DNA of 64,000 nucleotides, taken from an uncultured Candidatus Binatia bacterium. GTDB taxonomy: Bacteria > Desulfobacterota > Binatia > UBA9968 > JAJDTQ01. The stretch's first letter is position 1, and each line of letters starts with the position of its first letter. A model generated the notes under the pieces. The model saw only the letters and a list, made by a program, of their open reading frames with translations, was not told where the DNA came from and searched no databases. A program made the position numbers and the translations under genes. Shown here piece after piece: positions 59,456 through 64,000 of the stretch. The stretch lies in the NCBI GenBank assembly GCA_965204205.1, contig OZ241976.1:2343333-2407332 (forward strand), written 5' to 3'.

Positions 59456-60777
59456 CAGTAGTGTCCGACACATTTCATAGCAAAACCAGTTGGTTACGGT
59501 CACCGGGGCTTTCTGGCGGCGCGGGCGTACCGGTAAGTAGCTGAATCAAGGGGACTTTTTCGAAAGGCGTAACGCTGAGGATCTGTAGCATCACATGCAA
59601 GGAGAGGTCGAGATTGAGACGTTTCTTGATGATAGCAACCAGCACGTAAACGGCGACGGCGATCCAGATTTGGCTTTTGACAGCGTTCTCGGAGGTGCCA
59701 AAAAAGCGCTTGATGCGGAGATGTTGTTTGATCCACTTGAAGAACAACTCCACTTGCCAGCGGCTCTTGTACAGAGCGCACACGCTCAGGGCGGGGATGG
59801 CGAAGTGGTTGGTCAAGAAGACCAGTGTTTTGCCTGTATCGGGGTCTTTGAAGCGGATGCGACGGAGCCTGTCGGGATAGGCGCGGCGGGAGTCGATCAC
59901 GGTCAACCGGACTTGCTGGTCGCAGATAAGCCCGGTGGTGCGATCGACGGGGGCAGAGTAGATCCTTTTGCACCGGAGGTTGGATTTGGCACGAGTGACG
60001 AAGAAGGCGCCCGTGCGGTGCAGGACATGCAGCCGTTGGAAATCGAGGTAGCCCCGGTCCATCACGTAGAAGGCGCCCGGTTCGGGCAACAGGACGTCCA
60101 GCACGTGGACATCGTGCAGTTTTCCGTCCGAGATGAAGATAAAGGCCGGGATGGCGCTGCGCAGGTCCAGCAGCGTATGCAGCTTCACGGCCGCTTTGGT
60201 CTGGCGGAAAGGCGCCCATGGAAAAAGCGACAAGCACAAGTCGATGGTGGTGGAGTCCAGGGCATAGACCGTGTTCGCCAAGTCCACGGCCAACGACTCG
60301 TGCGCATACAGTCGTCGCGCCATGCGGATCAGCGCCTGAGGAACTCGCAGTGAATGCGCCAGTCCCGCGCTTCGTTGGCGTCGGCCAGGTTGCTGCGCGT
60401 CACATTGCCTCGGATACCCAAGTGATAGAGCTTGCCCGGCTGTGCCCCAAGACACGCTTCGATATCCCGCAGGCTCTCCCGGTAGGTCAGTTGCGCAACC
60501 GCCATGCACAGAAACTGATCCAGACACCGAAAGGTACGCACGTTGAAATCCCCTCGGTACGTCCTCACCAGGCGACGAAACGTATGCCATGGAGCAAACT
60601 CCATCACCTGGGCGAACACAAGCTTTCCTGCGTGCATGGCCACCTCCCGGATCAAACCGGGAAGTCTGCCAAACTCCGATCTCGCCGTCCAAATCGGTTA
60701 CACCCTCAAAACTCACAAATATCGTGTCATTTCAGTGGGTTACAGGTTGACGCGAGCCAACGTGTCGGACACTACTG
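59456..60777 (-). mobile_element. IS4-family insertion sequence with 16-bp perfect terminal IRs (CAGTAGTGTCCGACAC) and 9-bp target-site duplication GGCTCCACT
   Basis: IRs read at 59456-59471 and 60762-60777. Direct repeats at 59447-59455 and 60778-60786. Confidence 0.8.
59475..60655 (-). pseudogene. IS4-family transposase (DUF4372 N-terminal region plus DDE_Tnp_1), frameshifted
   Basis: N-terminal 108-aa ORF (60329..60655) carries MHAGKLVFAQVMEFAPWHTFRRLV. The C-terminal frame (59475..about 60340) carries the YKSRWQVELFFKWIKQHL YREK signature. The two frames meet near 60330-60345. Confidence 0.75.
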
Positions 60778-60832
60778 GGCTCCACTACCAATCCATAACG
60801 AAACGGGTGTGTTGGGACTATGACAGATTGCA

Positions 60833-61025
60833 TCGCTTCGGAGATGTCAATGCCCATCCTCTCCCTCAAGTACCAGGGCCTGCTCGACAAACCCTGCGCC
60901 CCCATACTGCTGGAGTGCGGCCGCCCCAAGGCCATGGCCTCTTCCCCGGCGGCCACATGGGCGAGTCGCCGGGCGTGTTTCCGACGATACTGTGGCGGCT
61001 GCACCGGGAGCTTGACGGGGAGTGA
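60833..61025 (+). pseudogene. Decayed 3' fragment of an alpha/beta-hydrolase gene (paralogous remnant of 55077..56174)
   Basis: Roughly 85-90% identity by eye to 55951..56174. A 54-bp deletion is bounded by ATGCTGCTGG direct repeats in the intact gene, plus a 1-bp deletion (frameshift). No start codon or RBS. Confidence 0.7.
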
Positions 61026-61037
61026 AAGAAAGACACC

Positions 61038-62675
61038 CTACCCCACCTTCTCCCGCGCCTCCATGATCTTGCTGACCACGACCTCGACGTCCGCCTCGTC
61101 CACGAACGGCGACATGATGTAGGACTTCAGGGCGTAGATGGGTTCGCCGTAGGCTGTGCGGCGGTAGCAGTCGGTGGAGGAGATGACGACGCCGCGGCCG
61201 GCCATGGCCTCGGAGTGGGCGTAGCCGAAGATCTTCCGGTTGAACTCGTTGTGGCACAGCAGGGTGTCCCGGAAGGCCGGATCGTCCAGCTCCTGGCGCT
61301 TGATGGCGAAGGTGTCCACCCCCGGCGGGTAGGCGCGGAACAGGGTCACGGTGCCGAAGTTGTCGCGGTTGAGCACGGTGGTGCCTTCACGCCCCTCCAG
61401 ATGTTCGCGAAGGAGCTGCGCCATCTCCACCATGTGTCCCAACACCACCCGCAGGCCCTCGCGCCCGAACAGGCGGTAGTTGGCGATGGCCGCGAGCGGG
61501 CCGGTGCCGGCCCGCGACGTCTCCAGCGTGTACATGCCGGGCCGGTGCTCGCCGAAATGGTAGAGGTAGGGCATCTGCTCCGGGGAGCGCGCGACCCTCT
61601 GCAGGTCCGCGCGCTCCTTCACCAGCACCAGGCTGGAGATGTAGGGCGCGAAGCCGGTCTTGTGGAAGTCCACGCCCACCGAATCCGCCAGCGAAAGGTG
61701 GCGGATTCGGCGGCACGCCCCCGCCAGGGCGCGCAGGGTGCGCGGCCGGAAGCCCAGGGGATTGCCCTCGAAATCGTAGTCGTTGAACACCGCCCAAGCC
61801 CAGCCGATGACCGCGTCGGCGTGGATGTGCGGGCGGTAAGGAAGCTGGAACTCGTCCGCGAGCGTGTCCCGTAGCCGCGCGATGGCCTCGAGGTCGTCGA
61901 GGCCGAACGAATCGGTGGTCCCCATGGTGGCGATGATCGCCGCGATCTTCCTGCCCTCGGCGAGGACCCTTCGGGCGGCCTTCTCCAGCCCGGCCAGGTC
62001 GATCTCGTTGTCCGGCGTGGTGGGCACCGTCACCAGGTTCCGGGTGCCCAGGCCGAGCCAGCCGGCGATGTTGGCGGCGCAGTAGTGGCCGGCGTCCGAC
62101 ACCAGGATGACGGCGTCTTCGGAGACGCCGTTGCGGATGGTGTCCGGACAGGCCTTCTCCAGCCCCATCTTGACTCCGTAGAGGGAAGTGCCGGTGCCGC
62201 CGAAGGTGAACACCCCTCCGGCCCGTTCCGGGTCGTAGCCGACGAGTTCCGCGGTCATGCCCGTGGCCTCCACCTCCGCCAGCGCCACCAGCCGGCTGTA
62301 TTCGTCCCAGGCGACATTGGGGTTGTGCAACGCGGCCAGCAGCACGCCGATGACGCTGGGGATGGTGGGCGGCGGGATGACGTTCTGCTGCGTGCGGGGG
62401 TGGCCGAAAATGGTCATGCCCTGCAGGTAGTTCACGAGGTCGCCGGTCACCGCCTCCACCGACGACGTCCCCTCCGGCAAGACGGCCTTGCGCGCCGCCT
62501 CGAAGTCGCCTGCCGCCAGTTCGCCGAGGATCGGCAGCTCCGTCTTGAGCGCGTCCACCTGGTCGAGGGCGCGCATGATGGAGTGGACGAAGTACGAATC
62601 GTGGATGGGATCGGACACCGGCTGCGGAAACGCCAGCCGCACCTTGTCAAGGATGTCGCGATAGGGTGTTGCCAT
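61038..62675 (-). CDS. PLP-dependent group II decarboxylase (aspartate aminotransferase fold)
   Basis: 545 aa with internal PLP-lysine region and fold-type I pattern. M1 confirmed by cat at 62673-62675. Confidence 0.8.
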   Translation of the reverse strand: MATPYRDILDKVRLAFPQPVSDPIHDSYFVHSIMRALDQVDALKTELPILGELAAGDFEAARKAVLPEGTSSVEAVTGDLVNYLQGMTIFGHPRTQQNVIPPPTIPSVIGVLLAALHNPNVAWDEYSRLVALAEVEATGMTAELVGYDPERAGGVFTFGGTGTSLYGVKMGLEKACPDTIRNGVSEDAVILVSDAGHYCAANIAGWLGLGTRNLVTVPTTPDNEIDLAGLEKAARRVLAEGRKIAAIIATMGTTDSFGLDDLEAIARLRDTLADEFQLPYRPHIHADAVIGWAWAVFNDYDFEGNPLGFRPRTLRALAGACRRIRHLSLADSVGVDFHKTGFAPYISSLVLVKERADLQRVARSPEQMPYLYHFGEHRPGMYTLETSRAGTGPLAAIANYRLFGREGLRVVLGHMVEMAQLLREHLEGREGTTVLNRDNFGTVTLFRAYPPGVDTFAIKRQELDDPAFRDTLLCHNEFNRKIFGYAHSEAMAGRGVVISSTDCYRRTAYGEPIYALKSYIMSPFVDEADVEVVVSKIMEAREKVG

Positions 62676-62791
62676 GGAAAGAACCCTCTGACGGAAGCCC
62701 GGTTTTCGGCGATGAACGTGTCCCCCTCCATTCAGTTTACAGCAAATCGATGAAGTCGCTATAAACCGGGCAGCCGAAAGGAGCGACAGAT

Positions 62792-63427
62792 ATGATCACC
62801 CTCTACAGCAAGGCCACCTCCAACGGCCGCAAGGCCTCCATCATGCTGGAGGAATCGGGGCTGGACTACAGCGTCCGGCCCATGGAGTTGGAGAAAGGCG
62901 AGCAGAAGGAAGACTGGTACCTGGCCATCAACCCCAACGGCCGGATACCCTGCATCGTGGATGACGACGGCCCCGGCGGCCAGGCCGTCACCGTATTCGA
63001 GTCCGGCGCCATCCTGATCTACCTCGCGGAGAAGTCCGGCCGGCTGCTGCCCCAGGATCCGGCCGCCCGCATGGAAGTGCTGAACTGGCTCTTCTTCGCC
63101 TCCGGCCACATCACCCACACCGGCCTTGGCGTGCACTGGCAGATCCGCTGCCGTGACGCCGGCGAGGAGCACGCCCACCTGGGCGTCTGGCAGATGGAGA
63201 ACAACCGAGTCTACGGCGTGCTCAATCGTGGGTTGGAAGGACGGGCTTATCTGGCGGGGGAATACTCCATAGCCGACATCGCCTCCTATCCCTGGATCTA
63301 CCGCTGGGGGTTCCAGGAGATCGACATCGACCGCTTTCCCAACGTCCGGGGATGGCTGGCCCGCGTAGGTGAACGGCCGGCGGTGCAGCGGGGATTGCAA
63401 GTCCCGCCGAGAAATGACGGACTATAG
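62792..63427 (+). CDS. Glutathione S-transferase
   Basis: N-terminal thioredoxin-like domain (LYS..TSNGRKAS; ESGAILIYL) plus helical C-domain. AAGGAG RBS. Confidence 0.85.
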   Translation: MITLYSKATSNGRKASIMLEESGLDYSVRPMELEKGEQKEDWYLAINPNGRIPCIVDDDGPGGQAVTVFESGAILIYLAEKSGRLLPQDPAARMEVLNWLFFASGHITHTGLGVHWQIRCRDAGEEHAHLGVWQMENNRVYGVLNRGLEGRAYLAGEYSIADIASYPWIYRWGFQEIDIDRFPNVRGWLARVGERPAVQRGLQVPPRNDGL

Positions 63428-63434
63428 TAGCCTT

Positions 63435-63454
63435 GGGCGGCAGCAATGCCGCCC
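63435..63454. terminator. Stem-loop GGGCGGCA-gcaa-TGCCGCCC 8 bp after the GST stop (terminator-like, no U tract)
   Basis: Perfect 8-bp stem read directly. Lies between the convergent GST and the small minus-strand ORF. Confidence 0.3.
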
Positions 63455-63713
63455 GCAGGCAGCAACAAACTCTCGGGCACCCTACCGCCACCGTTCGCCC
63501 GGCATGATCCGGCGCATGAACTCATCGAACATCGGCACGGTGAAGGCCGTGTCTCCGTGACTCGGGCTCCAGATCATGCCCTTGTTGATCACCCGACGGC
63601 GCAACTCGTTGGCGATGTCTCCGGAACGATGCGGGCCGGGGCCAAGTTGCGCCATGGCGCGCAGATAAAGATTCGATAAACTGCCTAAACTTGCTATAAA
63701 TGTCTGTTTCGCC

Positions 63714-64000
63714 CTAACCGAACAGCCCCAGCAACGCATCCACCGCGGCCTTCGTGTCGGAGAAATCGGGCAGCAGCCGGTCCGCGTCCAGCTCCCGGAG
63801 CTCTTCCAGGGGGTGGTAGCGGCCGGTGGCCACCAGGAGGCACTTCATGCCGTTGGTCCGGGCGGCTTCGAGGTCCCTGGGGGTGTCGCCGACGATGACG
63901 CAGTGGCGGGGTTCCACCGGCAGGTCGAGGTGGCGGCGCCAGCGTTCCATGGCGATGGCCGGGAGGTCGTTGCGGTTCGCGGAATCGCTGCCGAAAGCGC
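63714..64000 (-). CDS. HAD-superfamily hydrolase, C-terminal part (N-terminus beyond window end)
   Basis: Frame stays open from 64000. Motif CVIVGDTPRDLEAARTNGMKCLLVATG (HAD motif III/IV). Stop at 63714-63716. Confidence 0.7.
   Translation of the reverse strand, partial: AFGSDSANRNDLPAIAMERWRRHLDLPVEPRHCVIVGDTPRDLEAARTNGMKCLLVATGRYHPLEELRELDADRLLPDFSDTKAAVDALLGLFG

Overview
High-GC (~70%) bacterial chromosomal segment, densely coding, with no rRNA, tRNA or CRISPR seen by eye. It starts inside a tctA tripartite tricarboxylate permease gene and ends inside a HAD hydrolase gene. Two near-identical IS5-family elements (2137..3437 minus; 56236..57537 plus), each bracketed by CTAG, sit in inverted orientation about 52.8 kb apart. 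Between them lies what looks like an aromatic/N-heterocycle catabolic supercluster. It includes a NicX-like ring dioxygenase, two tandem TauD-like dioxygenases, a UbiD-family decarboxylase, gentisate dioxygenase plus a second bicupin, three TenA/PqqC-like paralogs, hydantoinase A/B, three PF04909-type amidohydrolases, an amidase, an M20 hydrolase and a carboxyltransferase. Transporters present are MFS, AGCS, orphan TctC, a TonB receptor and a Na+/H+ antiporter. There is also a cofactor-maturation operon (UbiX, DUF120 riboflavin-kinase-like, two PNPOx-like, split XdhC, CoxE, CoxD). Housekeeping and respiratory genes are interspersed: GlnRS with a C-terminal YqeY-like domain, cytochromes and bacterioferritin. 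The most unusual locus is a visibly low-GC island just outside the second IS5 copy (57538..60832). It carries an overlapping two-gene module, an ABC/AAA_21-type ATPase plus a small putative PIN-like protein. An IS4-family element with a 9-bp target duplication is inserted 2 bp after this module, and a decayed 3' duplicate of the neighbouring hydrolase gene follows. I propose the module as a candidate defence or abortive-infection-like system. A family of at least eight REP-like 23-bp palindromes (GGGGCGACC-N4/5-GGTCGCCCC) and a 160-bp TIR-bounded MITE-like element, with a partial second copy, are scattered intergenically. All calls rest on motif recognition and ORF logic only; no searches were run. 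Some minus-strand start coordinates are derived by codon arithmetic from the ORF track and may be off by a codon.
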